A stretch of 61,695 nt of DNA from a virus (IMGVR_UViG_3300016722_000158:1-61695); one strand, 5' to 3'; numbered from the stretch's first letter, positions 48,507 through 59,186 are shown. Notes: generated from the sequence alone by a model not told the origin. Numbers and translations are program-made.

Positions 48507-51500
48507 TTACTTTTCAAGCTGTTCGACCATAGCCTTCTTGAGTCCATAAATTTGTTTTTGAAGTTGGTCTGATTCATTGCCATCCGGAATGGATTTGGCT
48601 TTTTGCTGAATAGTCTCTATTATCTTTTTATACATTCCGATGATCTGCATGTCCTTTTCGTTTTCGAGATTGGCTTTTTTATTAAAATAATGCTCTACCG
48701 CACCTTTCTCACTTGACATTATACTTTTTGTATATTCTCTGTCTTGGCTTTGGTTTTCTTCGTACTCGTCCAAATATCTATAATACCTTTCGTTGATATT
48801 GGAATTGCCTTTACTATTATCAAATTTATATAATAGAGCACTGACGGCCGGTATGTCTCTAACATCAACATCTTTGCCGGGAGTGACTAAGTTATATCCC
48901 GATTTGGCAACACCATAAATTTGTTTTAATACTCCACCACCGTAATTGTTGAATAGGTATTCCATTACAGCAGGGTTCGTCAGTTCAGAATCTAAAGCAC
49001 CTTTCTTTGCCATATCCCCTCCAGAGAGATCATTAATACCCTTTGAAATAGCTATTGCCAAGTCGGAAGTACTTCTATATCCTTTTTTATATTCAGGAAC
49101 ATATTCGTTGAATTCATTTCTTTTTGATATTGGTCGGCCTGTATAATCTTTATTTGTCCAATAGACATCTATAAGAGGTTTTACCGCACTAGGGGCTAGT
49201 GTATTAGCAAGTATTTGTTCGAAAGTATCTCCCTTACTATTGCTCCCTTCCATAAAGTTATATGGAGCAGCTTCCATAAATTTGGTTGCTATATCTGTAG
49301 CGGCATTCTTGCCATGATATTTACCCAATATCATCTGAGCAAGTATATCACCCATCGCAAAGAATGGTCTTATTTCAAGTGCGAGAGGTAAATTTAGTAC
49401 CAAATCTCCTCCAGCGCTAATAACGAAATTATTTTGTCTTATCCAATCGGGTAGTTGATAATATTTATCATCACCATATATTGATTGGAGAATACCTTTC
49501 ATTGCACCTATTAGAGTCCATGTTCCAAATGCTATGGTAGATTTGACAGGGTGGTATTTGAATCCTCTGTTAGTGTTATTAAATGCTTGCACTCCTGCAT
49601 TTAAGAACATTTCCCATGCCCTAATAAAGGAATTCCCATTTCGTCCACTTCCCATTTTATTAAAGTTTACGGATATTTCCTTTGCTGCATATATAGACTT
49701 CATGATACTTTTGCCACCTTCTCGAGATGCGATATATGCAGATAACCGGGTAGTATCCTCAGCACCTCTGTTAAGGACTTCCATTGCATTACCAATCCAT
49801 CGGAAAAGATGTAATTTAGTGGGATGTTTTACTTTGTCTATTTCGTTTTGAATTTCTTTGAAGTAATCTTTATATGACATGGAATTGGTGTATCCCGTCT
49901 CTCCACCATTTTTCAGAAATTCTTCCAAATATTTTCCATATTTCCCCTCAGGTATTTTCTTGGTGGCTAAATATTCGGCAAGAACTTTAGACGCTTTCGG
50001 AGCTGCTTCAAAGAACTCTTTCATACTTGAGTATCCATATATGTAGTTATATGTGATAGCTCCGGTATAGTCTCTGAAGAAGTTTTTAATCACGAAATTT
50101 ATCATTTTTGATGTGAAATTTCGGGCCATCCAATTCGTCGCATTTTTAAGTTTCTGGAATGCCTGCATGCCTTCATCTATGTTATCTCCGTTGATGGATT
50201 GTGCTACTCTAGGTGAAGAATCCATACTGATAATGTAGTCTTTTCCATTTATCGTAAGTCTTACTTGGTGCTGTTTAGCTTGCCATGCTTTAATAGGGAC
50301 GCCGATAGATAATTTTTCATTCTTTTGTACTACGATGTTTTGCTTCGCTAATGATTTCATTCGGTTATTCCACTCTTCAAAAGCGGTATCGTAATTTTCT
50401 CCATCAAGAGGGTTTCCTTTGCTGTCAACCCCTTCAAAGGCTACCTCTTCATACGTTAGTGTGTTCGGATTCCATGCGACCCACACAGGAGATACATGAG
50501 CAAGATTTGTAGGATAATTGAATACCAATCTATACAGATGTTGTTTTACCCTATTTTTATTTCCTATCACGATAGCGCTATCAGCCATTGAACCGATGTT
50601 GGCTATCGGGTCACCTGCTTTAGTTTTACGTCCTTTGGCTTTTTGAATAGGTATATTAAGATCATGGCGATCCTTATAAAAATAAGTGAAGAAGTCTTCT
50701 GCTTGTGGGTCTGCCCAATCTCTTAGTGGAACATAATAGTTATACATGGCCTTGATTTGTTCCATGCGCTCTTTGCTTATGCATCCATATAGCCTTTGGG
50801 TCTCGAGGCAAAAGTTAGTGGCTTCATGTATATTGTCCCACATACCAGATATATCATCCTTGTTGTGGCTTTTCTCAAATTCGTCTACAAAATTTTGGAT
50901 GTATGGCTCATTTAGTTTAATATCTTTTAAGTCGGAATCATCCCCCTGCAATTCTTTTTGGAGTTGTGTTAATCCGGCAAAATCTTCATTGGCAAAATCT
51001 TCAGTGATTTTTGTTGCAATCTTTTTGATTTTGCTTTCAAGAGATTCTCTCTGGGCATTCGCTTCCTCTTCACTGATACTGTGTCTTGAAAGAAGGTAGT
51101 CTATTTGGGATATCTGTTCTTTTAATGGTGCTATAGCTTCTTCGATTTTTTGTTTACGCATGTAAACGTTCCTTTCAAGGCCGTGCTTAGCTATTAGATA
51201 ATTGATGACATCATCATATTCACCAACTTTATTGACTGCTGAAAGCATCCTATCAAAAACAATCGATTTGAAAGTGTCCTTTTCGTATCTGGCTCTTGAG
51301 GTCATTACAATAGATGACAGGTGTGCGTCACACTCATCCGGAATTTCCATTTTGTACTTCTTTGCTACTGTCTCTTGGAATACTCTTACAGGATTCATTT
51401 TGTCTACCCAAGATTCAAACAATACCTGGTGTTCCATCCGTTTTATAAAGTCGTTCTGTTCTTCTTCATTGAGCATGGCAACTTCTTTTGTTATTCCGAT

Positions 51501-54500
51501 TATGTCATTGAAATCTTTCTCCGAGAGTTTTTGCGGATCCAATCGGAAGAGGGGAGTAGCTTTTCTGTTATCTACGAAATCGTCTTTGTAGATATTATCT
51601 TTCACTTTGAATTCTTTACTGTAATTATCTGGAGTATCTTCCAAATGTCTGCGACTCTTCCAAAGCAAATACTTGATATCATTGTCTGACATCTTAATCT
51701 TTATACCGGCTTTTCTGAGAAGTTCTCTAACCTTTGATATGATTGTTTTCCAAATAGTCGGTTTATCGATTCCGCTTTCTGCTAGGCGGGCACAATATTC
51801 TTCTGCGGCTTCTGTCGTATCCCAACTTTTACTATTTAGGAATATATCACTAATTTCTTTTCTTTCTGATTCAGGTAGTGAACGGAATATGTCGTTCATG
51901 GTATCATCAAAACTGTCACCTAACAATTTACGGAGTCCTTTATGCGCAACGACTTCGTGAAGGATAGTTTGTTTAACATCTTCTTCGTCGATGTTGTTTT
52001 TAGGATTTATATAAACTTCATCAGTTCGTGTATCATACCAGCCTTTGGAATTTCTTTTTTTGATCGAGTATTCGTCACTTCCTTTTATATCCTCGGAATT
52101 TGTAAAATGTACTTCGGTGTTAAGAGTCTTTGCAAGCTCCTCTGCCGCAGACATGATCTTTCCGTCTTGCAATGTTGGGTTCTTGAAATCTTTGATTATA
52201 TTTGCAGTCGTAGGGCTATTACTTGGTATGGCATCTTCCCGAAAGCGAATGTCACTTTTTCCTTGGTTGAAACGCTTGGACGGAAGTATGATGTTTCCTT
52301 TATCGTCACGGGTGATTAAGTCATTCAGCTTGCGGTTGTTTTTCGTATTCTTGTATCTGTAAGAACTGCCGTCATCAACTCCCCATTCATTAACATCGTT
52401 CCCGTCCCAATAGAGTTCATTAGCTGGAACATCCTGCTCTATCAGTCTATATTTTCCCTCTAGCCGGTTATTACCGTGCATCTCCGCATATTTCTTACTA
52501 GGAGTTACCCAATCGCCATTTCTTACTTTGCTTTCCTTTATATCAGTCGGGACGGCTCGATATACTTTTACCATCGGTTTTTCTCCACGTTTCACAGCCT
52601 CCATCGCTTCATTTATCGCATGTGCGGATTCAACGCTGTGTTCTTCGCTTCTGCTATATGCTCTGTCATTGGAAAAATAGTCGTCAGCTTGCGGAGAATA
52701 GCCGGCCGCAATATCTTCAATATTCACATCCGTGTTATCGCCTTTATCGATATAAGAGCGACGTTCCTCTGTCGTATCGAAGCCATTGCTTGGAGCTACC
52801 CATGTTCCTTCGCCCTGATAATCGCTTTCCACGTCTGAATACCCTTTACGCATTGCCGCTTCATTTATACACCTGCGCATAACTTCTTCATCTTTTGATT
52901 TGACGGCATCCATATATGTCTTATCCAAATCATCGGCACTCATACGTGTATAGGGCTTCTGTTTTTCCTCTTCTTCTAGTTGCGCTTTCTCTATTTCTGC
53001 TTTTTTCTCCTGCTCTGCCCTGCGTGAAGCTTCCATTTGCCCGATGGCTATTCTATGGCGCTCTTCCTGTTCTGCTATATGTCTTTCTATCTCAGGGAAT
53101 CGGGAATATAAGTATTCCCGCATTTCAGCCACCTTTTTGCGTCTCTCAACAAGCCCGATATTCAACGATGCATCATACCTTCTCAATATAAGATCAAGTC
53201 TCTTCTTTGCTCTGGCATAGTCGTGAAACTTATCTACATCATCTTTTGCATAATCAACAAGGAAATCCAAATCATTATTTTTTAGCCATTTATCTTTATC
53301 ATTGTTTTCCTGTTTGTTTTCTCTAATCAACTCTACCAGCGGCATCGCGGTACTATCCGTCGTTTCTATATCGGAAACATCGACGCCTCTTTTTTTAAGA
53401 GCACGTAAAGCGGCCTTTGTGCTTTCCAAATTAGGATTTCCCTTAGCTGCCTTTACAAGTATTTCTATTTGACTGGGTTGTCTGAGCTCTCCTTTCGCAA
53501 GTTTATCCCGGTATTCTTTTCTTAACTCTTCACGCTTTTTAGTGTACTCCACGTCTTTCTTGTGTTGGAGTTCAACAACCTTGTTTTGTTGGGCTTCTGA
53601 TTTTTGCTTCCCTTTATGTAATGCAGAATCGCCTATTCCCGAAAAGTCGTATCCCTCTGATGCAAGATATTCTTCTTCGGTCATTGCGGGAATATCTTTC
53701 GATTCGGTCAAAGGAGATAAATCGTGTTGTTTTTCAACATCAGTTTTAACCGTAGAATATTCTGCAAATGGTTTTGTCTTTCTTTTTGAACTGTCTATCC
53801 ACTTTTTAAATTCTTCTTTAGAAACAGGAGTTATGTTTCCAAGTCCTTTCCAACCCTTTCCATAATTGGCCAGATAAGCTTCTTTAGCTTCCTCTGTAGA
53901 ATTGAAGCCATACATTACCTTGTGCTCGTCAAAAGAGCCGTCCGGTTTGATCTGATCAACGACATAGACTTTGCCTTCTTCCGGATGATCTGAAAGGAAC
54001 ATATCTATGTGGTCCCCGTCAACACCTTTGGTACCTCGAATATAGCCGTACGTATTATGTATTTCAGTTTCCCACTTGTTACCATTTGCATCGGTTCCGC
54101 TACGCACAGAGCCTTTAGGATTTTCTATGGTTATATCAAACCCGTCAATCTTTACATGGCCTTTCTTATAGTTACCGGCTTCCTTTTGTGCGTCTGTAGG
54201 ATTGGTGACTACTTTATTTTCTTCATCATGTAATTCTTTTGCTGCAGCAATACGATTCGCATAATTCAGAATCGATTCGTCACGTTTCTTTTCAGGGGAT
54301 ACAAAAGATGAATCGGCTTCTTTTATTTCATCGTCAATGACGTAAATATTTCCACTTTCAGATTTAAGAACATTTCTAGGGCGTAAATCGGATATGATGA
54401 TTTTCCCATTGGAATACATGGCCTCTCCTGTTTCTTTGAATCCAAGAGACTTCATATATGATTTTATTTCTTGTGGAGATGCAGGAACTGCGTTTAGTAT

Positions 54501-57500
54501 TAATCTCTGTTTTAATACGGGGAAAACACTTCTTTTATCAAATCCGGTGAATCCGACAAAATCGTATTTTGTATTGGGGAATATTTTATTATGAAGCGAT
54601 GTCTTGTTTAGCATGGAAACAATACTATCGCTATTCGTTAGGTTGTTGACTTTGTATATGTCGTTGCCCGAAATATAAGTATCGTTTTCATTGCCACTTG
54701 GTCCCGGCACTCCGAGATCAAAAATTTCATTCATAGGAATCCACAAACCATTTTCTTTTGCGAAATCCTCTGTGGTACGTCTCTCTATTTCTTTTCTTTC
54801 TTCGACGGATAAAGTCTTTCCGCTTCTGCTAAGTTCCGCTTCATATATTCGGCAGCGTCTTTCGAGTTCACCTGTTGTTTGCTCCAACCCTCCATTTCTT
54901 TCAGGCACCTCTCCGTGCTCTCCTTGTGAAATTTGTTGAAGTACGGGTTCTCTTTCGTCAGTTCGTTGTTGTATTTCTCTGCCATCGTTTTTATTATTTT
55001 GATTCAAAGATACTTCTTTATTCTTATCTAAAGAAGGCTTTTCAAATATATCTTTTTGTTTCTCTAACTCCTTATTGGCTAGCTCTGGTTCTCCCGATAT
55101 TTTGCTATCAGGTAAGCTGTTAGCATCGTATTTGTCAGGTTCTGCATTCCCTCCCTGCCGTGGTCTTTCGCTATTTCTATATCTTTCGCCGTGACTATTT
55201 TCTTCTCCATACAATATCGGCCCGCTTCTGCTATTATCTCCTTGTACGGTTTCGACTTCAGGTAGTTGTCTATGAATGTTTTCTCTTCTGCTGTCATTGT
55301 CTTCTTTATTATATTGTTCTGCTAATGTACTTAAAAAATCACTATAATCGTTATCGGTCATAGTATTATTTTCTTCTTCTATTTTTTGAGGTATGTATTC
55401 ATTGTATAAATCATATTCTTCTGGAGTCATATGATAGGAAGAAGCTATCTTTTGATGAATATCTTCAAGATATTGCCTATACTCCGGATCATCTTCTTCT
55501 GTTTGGCCATGAAGCTTTTTTGCCTCTTCCCACATACTTCTTCTGCTACCTCCGTAAGTATGGAATACATCAAGTATCTCATTGAAGATATCTTGGTCTG
55601 TCGCTGACGGAAACATTTCTCCTAGATCACCTCTCATCTTTTCGGCAACCACTTCTGGAGGAAGCCCCCCATTGTCCGGGGCGGAAAGAAAACCAATCAT
55701 GCCCCTACGTTCACTTTCATCTCCCTTTAATCCTAGATGACTTGCAAGACCTTTCGTTTTATTATTCTCATTATCTTTCCATTGGAATTTATACCCTCCT
55801 GTAGCTATTTCACGAACAACAGCTTCTCTCAGTGAATTCGGAGCGCCCATGTCGTCATTCTCTTTGGAATAGAATCCGCGACTGCGTTTGGGCTTATCAG
55901 TTAGTGTCTTCTCCTTATAGTCTTGGCTATTCACATCGGCTGTTGCTGTCTGCTCCTCGACAGACTGTGGCACGGCAGTTTGATCTGTAGGTGTTTGTTC
56001 AAGAAGGCCACTGATACCGTTCCAATAATCATAAAGATTCTGTAACCTAGTAAGTTCTTCTTTCTTTTGTTTTTTAGCATTTTGAATCTCTATCACTGAT
56101 TTCCCGATAGGGGGTTTCTTTTCCAACTTTTTTATTTCAGATTCATAATTGCTAGACATTTGCTTGGCTGTATCAATTGCCTCAGTGTTGTCGCCGTCAT
56201 TCATCTCAAGCAATGCGCCTGCCGTATTCTCCGGTTCTGCCTGTTCGAAGAGAGGATTGCCCTCATTATCTTTTGGTATTCTGTTGAGATAACTTTGTGT
56301 ATTTTCTTGGGGTTGCGTTTGTATATCTTCTTGTTCATTGCTTACACTTTGTTGGTCCTTGTCTATGGGTACAAGGGCATTTATTGGTGATTCTTCTGGC
56401 GAATTTTCAATGGACTGTTTGTTTTCGACATCTTGCTTTGCTTGTGCTGCAAGTTCATTCGCGTCTGTTTCGCTCACAAGCTTGGAAACAGTATCTTCTG
56501 TGGGTTTTACTTTTATATCTCCATTTTTGTATCTGCAATAAATTTCAGGATCTGATTTTGATAAATCGACTTTCCCGTTTTCGTCAAATTCCAAATGTCC
56601 GTCTATAATGTTGATGATATCACCTCCAAAAGTTTGAACCCGGAGTATCTTGCCTTCTTTGTTTGGATAGGAGAGCATTTGTTCTGTCGCATTATCGCCA
56701 GTTTTATTATCCTCTTCATGTTGCTGAATATCATTATCTGTAGGTTCCTTTATATCTTCATCCTGCTTGTTGGAATCAAAAATAGAGTCCATATTATCAT
56801 CTTTAGACTCTTCCTCAGTCCTAAATCCTTTTTGAAGTTTGTCAGCATACATTGATATGGCCTTTTCTTCATCTTCGGTTCTTTCAGCTTTATTCTTCTT
56901 CAGTGCATTGTCGACATCAATACCCGTCATATCTTTCACGTCCTGTGCTTTTGCCGCAGATGTTCTCTTTATGAATTCAGGATCAGACTCAACAGTCCAT
57001 TTTATTTCATCAAGAATCTTATCACCATTCTCTGGAAGTTCTTTACCCTCGGCTTTATCTGCTATTATTTTAGAGATAGTATCGCTGGAGATACCGTATT
57101 TGGTTGCGACATTCCGAATCGCTTGTCTTTTATAAACCCCTTCAACGGCACGGTCGTTTAGTTGCTCAGAGAAAGCTACACTGTTTCTTATCGAATTATT
57201 AAGGAGATTGTTTTTCTGAATATATGTGTTTGCATCTTTGTTATTTTTGAATGCCTTTTTGTCAATGGTCCTACCGGCCCAATCATTAGTAGTAAGTATT
57301 GTTTCTCCTTTTTCGTCTGTGCTCGTTTTGTATCCGGTAATTGCTGGTTGCATGGCGAGTTTACCTTCAACGAGATATAACAACTTTGATTTCGTAGAAA
57401 GAGAAATACCTGGATTCTGCATAATCTTCACATACTCTTTACCGAACAGTTCTTTATCTCTATTGGTATCTTCCACTAAAGATACATTTCTCTGTCCCTC

Positions 57501-59186
57501 AACTGTTGTAGCCTTTTGCTTCTTGTTAGCAGACAATTGGGCTATAGTTGATACCAGATGATTCGCATCATAACCTGCGTTCTTCAGCTCACCTTTTTGT
57601 TCAGGTGTAAAAGCCAACGTTGATTTGAGTATTTCTTTATCCTTCGGGTCTGCAGATTTTAAATTGATATTGCCTACATGTGGGAGCTTCATGGCTCCGA
57701 ACATTGCAATATTGGTAAGATAGTCTTCGCCTATATCGACCGGCTCTCCTTGCGCATATTTTTCCAGAGTAGAGACTCCGGTACCTACTGCTGCGGATGA
57801 AGCCAAGCCACCTATTTCTGTGCCGACACGCTTTAAACCTGTCATGTCCCTGGAAACGCCGGCAAAAGCTCCGTCAGTAACTCCGAAAGCTCCTCCCATA
57901 AGGATACCGCTTAAACCTGATTTAGCTGTTTGTTTTAGGCTGTATTTATCTTGTGAGCCGTTGTTTATTTGTATGGCTTGGTTAATAGCATCATCGGCAG
58001 TATTATACATTCCTAGTGTTGATGCACTTTCGGCCGCATTCATGCCGATTCTTTGCGCTATCATCTTCGGTGTGTTTTGGGAAACGATTCTGCCGGCTTG
58101 TTCAAGAGTAGCTTTGGAAATAACGTTCTCTCCAGCCTTTTCTGCCAATTGTCGTGCCACATGTTTAGTGAGTGCTTTTGTTCCAAGTTTAAGAGCTTTT
58201 GAAGAGATTCCTCCAAGCCCTCCGAATATCGGTGCGTCAAGAGCCATTGCTCCGGCTCCTGCGGCTCCTTTTTCTACCCATGAAGGATTATATAATTCAT
58301 TGCCTCTCTGTTCTACTTCTTGCTGTGTCGAACTCTTTCCTAATACGGCATTACCGATTGTCCCGACAAGAGAACCATCGATCATGTTTTTGAGAATGTA
58401 TTCGACAGAGCTTTTCGGCATATCCTTTTTAGCGAGATAGTCAATCGTACGCTGCATTATTCTATCTGTGTGCGGGTCAACGCCGTTGCTTCCTTTTCCG
58501 TTACCGGTCTTCTGTCCGATGTAATTACGCACATCATTGAGCACATTCTGAGCATCAATCTCACTCATGTACCTTTGCCCCTTTGCGGCCATTGCTCCGG
58601 CATACTGATTGGCACTTAATAAGCCATCGTTACTACGCATCTCTTTTAGAGCGGCATTATTATGCTGTGAGATGAAACTATCGATCTTGGGAGCGATGGA
58701 TGTATTAAATTCTTTGTCAGAGTCACTGATTATATCCTTCAGAGGTTTTTGTGGTTGTATTGGAGTAGGGACGGCAGGAACATTTCCTTTACCGAGGTTG
58801 ACGGTTGCGGGCTGAGAGTTAAATTCTTTGTCGACAGTCTTTTGAATTTGCTGTATAGGCTTTTGTAGTTGTGCTTGTTCTTCTCTGGCTTTATTTTCCA
58901 TCGTTTGGCCAATAGGCTGTACGGAGTTCAATGGAGTGTTTTGAATAGGTGCCGGTGTCGAGTAAGAGATTGTAAATGGTCGATAGCCCTGCTTAATTGC
59001 TGTTTCAACCTCTCCGGCTGGAACTAACCCGCTTTGCCCGTGCTTATCAACCATTCTCATTTGATCTTTCGGATACAGTCTCGCATAATCGTTTGCTCTT
59101 CCTTCGTATTCCGATTGGTCTACCGTATGACTTTTGCCTTGGTCATCAAAAAATTGATATTTAATCTTGTTATCGTTTGCTTCCAT
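48507..59186 (-). CDS. Giant polyvalent (probably virion-ejected) protein, 3559 aa: kinase-like, inorganic pyrophosphatase-like, ART-like, zincin and LPD38-like domains
   Basis: Kinase SGNEN..YK..HNKIFP..DLRPRNV..VID (~54320-54790); InPase AQKEAGNYKKGH..DGDHID..DEHKVM (~53770-54210); YRAVP..GDWVT..EWG (~52370-52580); LHEVVAH (~51950); LPD38-like C-terminus. Confidence 0.85.
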   Translation of the reverse strand: MEANDNKIKYQFFDDQGKSHTVDQSEYEGRANDYARLYPKDQMRMVDKHGQSGLVPAGEVETAIKQGYRPFTISYSTPAPIQNTPLNSVQPIGQTMENKAREEQAQLQKPIQQIQKTVDKEFNSQPATVNLGKGNVPAVPTPIQPQKPLKDIISDSDKEFNTSIAPKIDSFISQHNNAALKEMRSNDGLLSANQYAGAMAAKGQRYMSEIDAQNVLNDVRNYIGQKTGNGKGSNGVDPHTDRIMQRTIDYLAKKDMPKSSVEYILKNMIDGSLVGTIGNAVLGKSSTQQEVEQRGNELYNPSWVEKGAAGAGAMALDAPIFGGLGGISSKALKLGTKALTKHVARQLAEKAGENVISKATLEQAGRIVSQNTPKMIAQRIGMNAAESASTLGMYNTADDAINQAIQINNGSQDKYSLKQTAKSGLSGILMGGAFGVTDGAFAGVSRDMTGLKRVGTEIGGLASSAAVGTGVSTLEKYAQGEPVDIGEDYLTNIAMFGAMKLPHVGNINLKSADPKDKEILKSTLAFTPEQKGELKNAGYDANHLVSTIAQLSANKKQKATTVEGQRNVSLVEDTNRDKELFGKEYVKIMQNPGISLSTKSKLLYLVEGKLAMQPAITGYKTSTDEKGETILTTNDWAGRTIDKKAFKNNKDANTYIQKNNLLNNSIRNSVAFSEQLNDRAVEGVYKRQAIRNVATKYGISSDTISKIIADKAEGKELPENGDKILDEIKWTVESDPEFIKRTSAAKAQDVKDMTGIDVDNALKKNKAERTEDEEKAISMYADKLQKGFRTEEESKDDNMDSIFDSNKQDEDIKEPTDNDIQQHEEDNKTGDNATEQMLSYPNKEGKILRVQTFGGDIINIIDGHLEFDENGKVDLSKSDPEIYCRYKNGDIKVKPTEDTVSKLVSETDANELAAQAKQDVENKQSIENSPEESPINALVPIDKDQQSVSNEQEDIQTQPQENTQSYLNRIPKDNEGNPLFEQAEPENTAGALLEMNDGDNTEAIDTAKQMSSNYESEIKKLEKKPPIGKSVIEIQNAKKQKKEELTRLQNLYDYWNGISGLLEQTPTDQTAVPQSVEEQTATADVNSQDYKEKTLTDKPKRSRGFYSKENDDMGAPNSLREAVVREIATGGYKFQWKDNENNKTKGLASHLGLKGDESERRGMIGFLSAPDNGGLPPEVVAEKMRGDLGEMFPSATDQDIFNEILDVFHTYGGSRRSMWEEAKKLHGQTEEDDPEYRQYLEDIHQKIASSYHMTPEEYDLYNEYIPQKIEEENNTMTDNDYSDFLSTLAEQYNKEDNDSRRENIHRQLPEVETVQGDNSRSGPILYGEENSHGERYRNSERPRQGGNAEPDKYDANSLPDSKISGEPELANKELEKQKDIFEKPSLDKNKEVSLNQNNKNDGREIQQRTDEREPVLQQISQGEHGEVPERNGGLEQTTGELERRCRIYEAELSRSGKTLSVEERKEIERRTTEDFAKENGLWIPMNEIFDLGVPGPSGNENDTYISGNDIYKVNNLTNSDSIVSMLNKTSLHNKIFPNTKYDFVGFTGFDKRSVFPVLKQRLILNAVPASPQEIKSYMKSLGFKETGEAMYSNGKIIISDLRPRNVLKSESGNIYVIDDEIKEADSSFVSPEKKRDESILNYANRIAAAKELHDEENKVVTNPTDAQKEAGNYKKGHVKIDGFDITIENPKGSVRSGTDANGNKWETEIHNTYGYIRGTKGVDGDHIDMFLSDHPEEGKVYVVDQIKPDGSFDEHKVMYGFNSTEEAKEAYLANYGKGWKGLGNITPVSKEEFKKWIDSSKRKTKPFAEYSTVKTDVEKQHDLSPLTESKDIPAMTEEEYLASEGYDFSGIGDSALHKGKQKSEAQQNKVVELQHKKDVEYTKKREELRKEYRDKLAKGELRQPSQIEILVKAAKGNPNLESTKAALRALKKRGVDVSDIETTDSTAMPLVELIRENKQENNDKDKWLKNNDLDFLVDYAKDDVDKFHDYARAKKRLDLILRRYDASLNIGLVERRKKVAEMREYLYSRFPEIERHIAEQEERHRIAIGQMEASRRAEQEKKAEIEKAQLEEEEKQKPYTRMSADDLDKTYMDAVKSKDEEVMRRCINEAAMRKGYSDVESDYQGEGTWVAPSNGFDTTEERRSYIDKGDNTDVNIEDIAAGYSPQADDYFSNDRAYSRSEEHSVESAHAINEAMEAVKRGEKPMVKVYRAVPTDIKESKVRNGDWVTPSKKYAEMHGNNRLEGKYRLIEQDVPANELYWDGNDVNEWGVDDGSSYRYKNTKNNRKLNDLITRDDKGNIILPSKRFNQGKSDIRFREDAIPSNSPTTANIIKDFKNPTLQDGKIMSAAEELAKTLNTEVHFTNSEDIKGSDEYSIKKRNSKGWYDTRTDEVYINPKNNIDEEDVKQTILHEVVAHKGLRKLLGDSFDDTMNDIFRSLPESERKEISDIFLNSKSWDTTEAAEEYCARLAESGIDKPTIWKTIISKVRELLRKAGIKIKMSDNDIKYLLWKSRRHLEDTPDNYSKEFKVKDNIYKDDFVDNRKATPLFRLDPQKLSEKDFNDIIGITKEVAMLNEEEQNDFIKRMEHQVLFESWVDKMNPVRVFQETVAKKYKMEIPDECDAHLSSIVMTSRARYEKDTFKSIVFDRMLSAVNKVGEYDDVINYLIAKHGLERNVYMRKQKIEEAIAPLKEQISQIDYLLSRHSISEEEANAQRESLESKIKKIATKITEDFANEDFAGLTQLQKELQGDDSDLKDIKLNEPYIQNFVDEFEKSHNKDDISGMWDNIHEATNFCLETQRLYGCISKERMEQIKAMYNYYVPLRDWADPQAEDFFTYFYKDRHDLNIPIQKAKGRKTKAGDPIANIGSMADSAIVIGNKNRVKQHLYRLVFNYPTNLAHVSPVWVAWNPNTLTYEEVAFEGVDSKGNPLDGENYDTAFEEWNNRMKSLAKQNIVVQKNEKLSIGVPIKAWQAKQHQVRLTINGKDYIISMDSSPRVAQSINGDNIDEGMQAFQKLKNATNWMARNFTSKMINFVIKNFFRDYTGAITYNYIYGYSSMKEFFEAAPKASKVLAEYLATKKIPEGKYGKYLEEFLKNGGETGYTNSMSYKDYFKEIQNEIDKVKHPTKLHLFRWIGNAMEVLNRGAEDTTRLSAYIASREGGKSIMKSIYAAKEISVNFNKMGSGRNGNSFIRAWEMFLNAGVQAFNNTNRGFKYHPVKSTIAFGTWTLIGAMKGILQSIYGDDKYYQLPDWIRQNNFVISAGGDLVLNLPLALEIRPFFAMGDILAQMILGKYHGKNAATDIATKFMEAAPYNFMEGSNSKGDTFEQILANTLAPSAVKPLIDVYWTNKDYTGRPISKRNEFNEYVPEYKKGYRSTSDLAIAISKGINDLSGGDMAKKGALDSELTNPAVMEYLFNNYGGGVLKQIYGVAKSGYNLVTPGKDVDVRDIPAVSALLYKFDNSKGNSNINERYYRYLDEYEENQSQDREYTKSIMSSEKGAVEHYFNKKANLENEKDMQIIGMYKKIIETIQQKAKSIPDGNESDQLQKQIYGLKKAMVEQLEK
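54785..54985 (-). CDS. Nested +1-frame ORF (66 aa) inside the giant gene
   Basis: TATCTTTG (55005-55012) and A-rich leader AATCAAAATAATAAAAACG before the ATG; protein-like helical composition. Confidence 0.55.
   Translation of the reverse strand: MAEKYNNELTKENPYFNKFHKESTERCLKEMEGWSKQQVNSKDAAEYMKRNLAEAERLYPSKKEKK
55079..55297 (-). CDS. Nested +1-frame ORF (72 aa) inside the giant gene
   Basis: TACATTAG (55322-55329) and A-rich leader CAATATAATAAAGAAGACA before the ATG; protein-like helical composition. Confidence 0.5.
   Translation of the reverse strand: MTAEEKTFIDNYLKSKPYKEIIAEAGRYCMEKKIVTAKDIEIAKDHGREGMQNLTNTMLTAYLIAKYRENQS

Noticed and set aside
57188-57370. Third same-strand alternative-frame ORF in the giant gene
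   Set aside because: Non-ATG start, no A-rich leader or -7 element, and composition typical of an off-frame read
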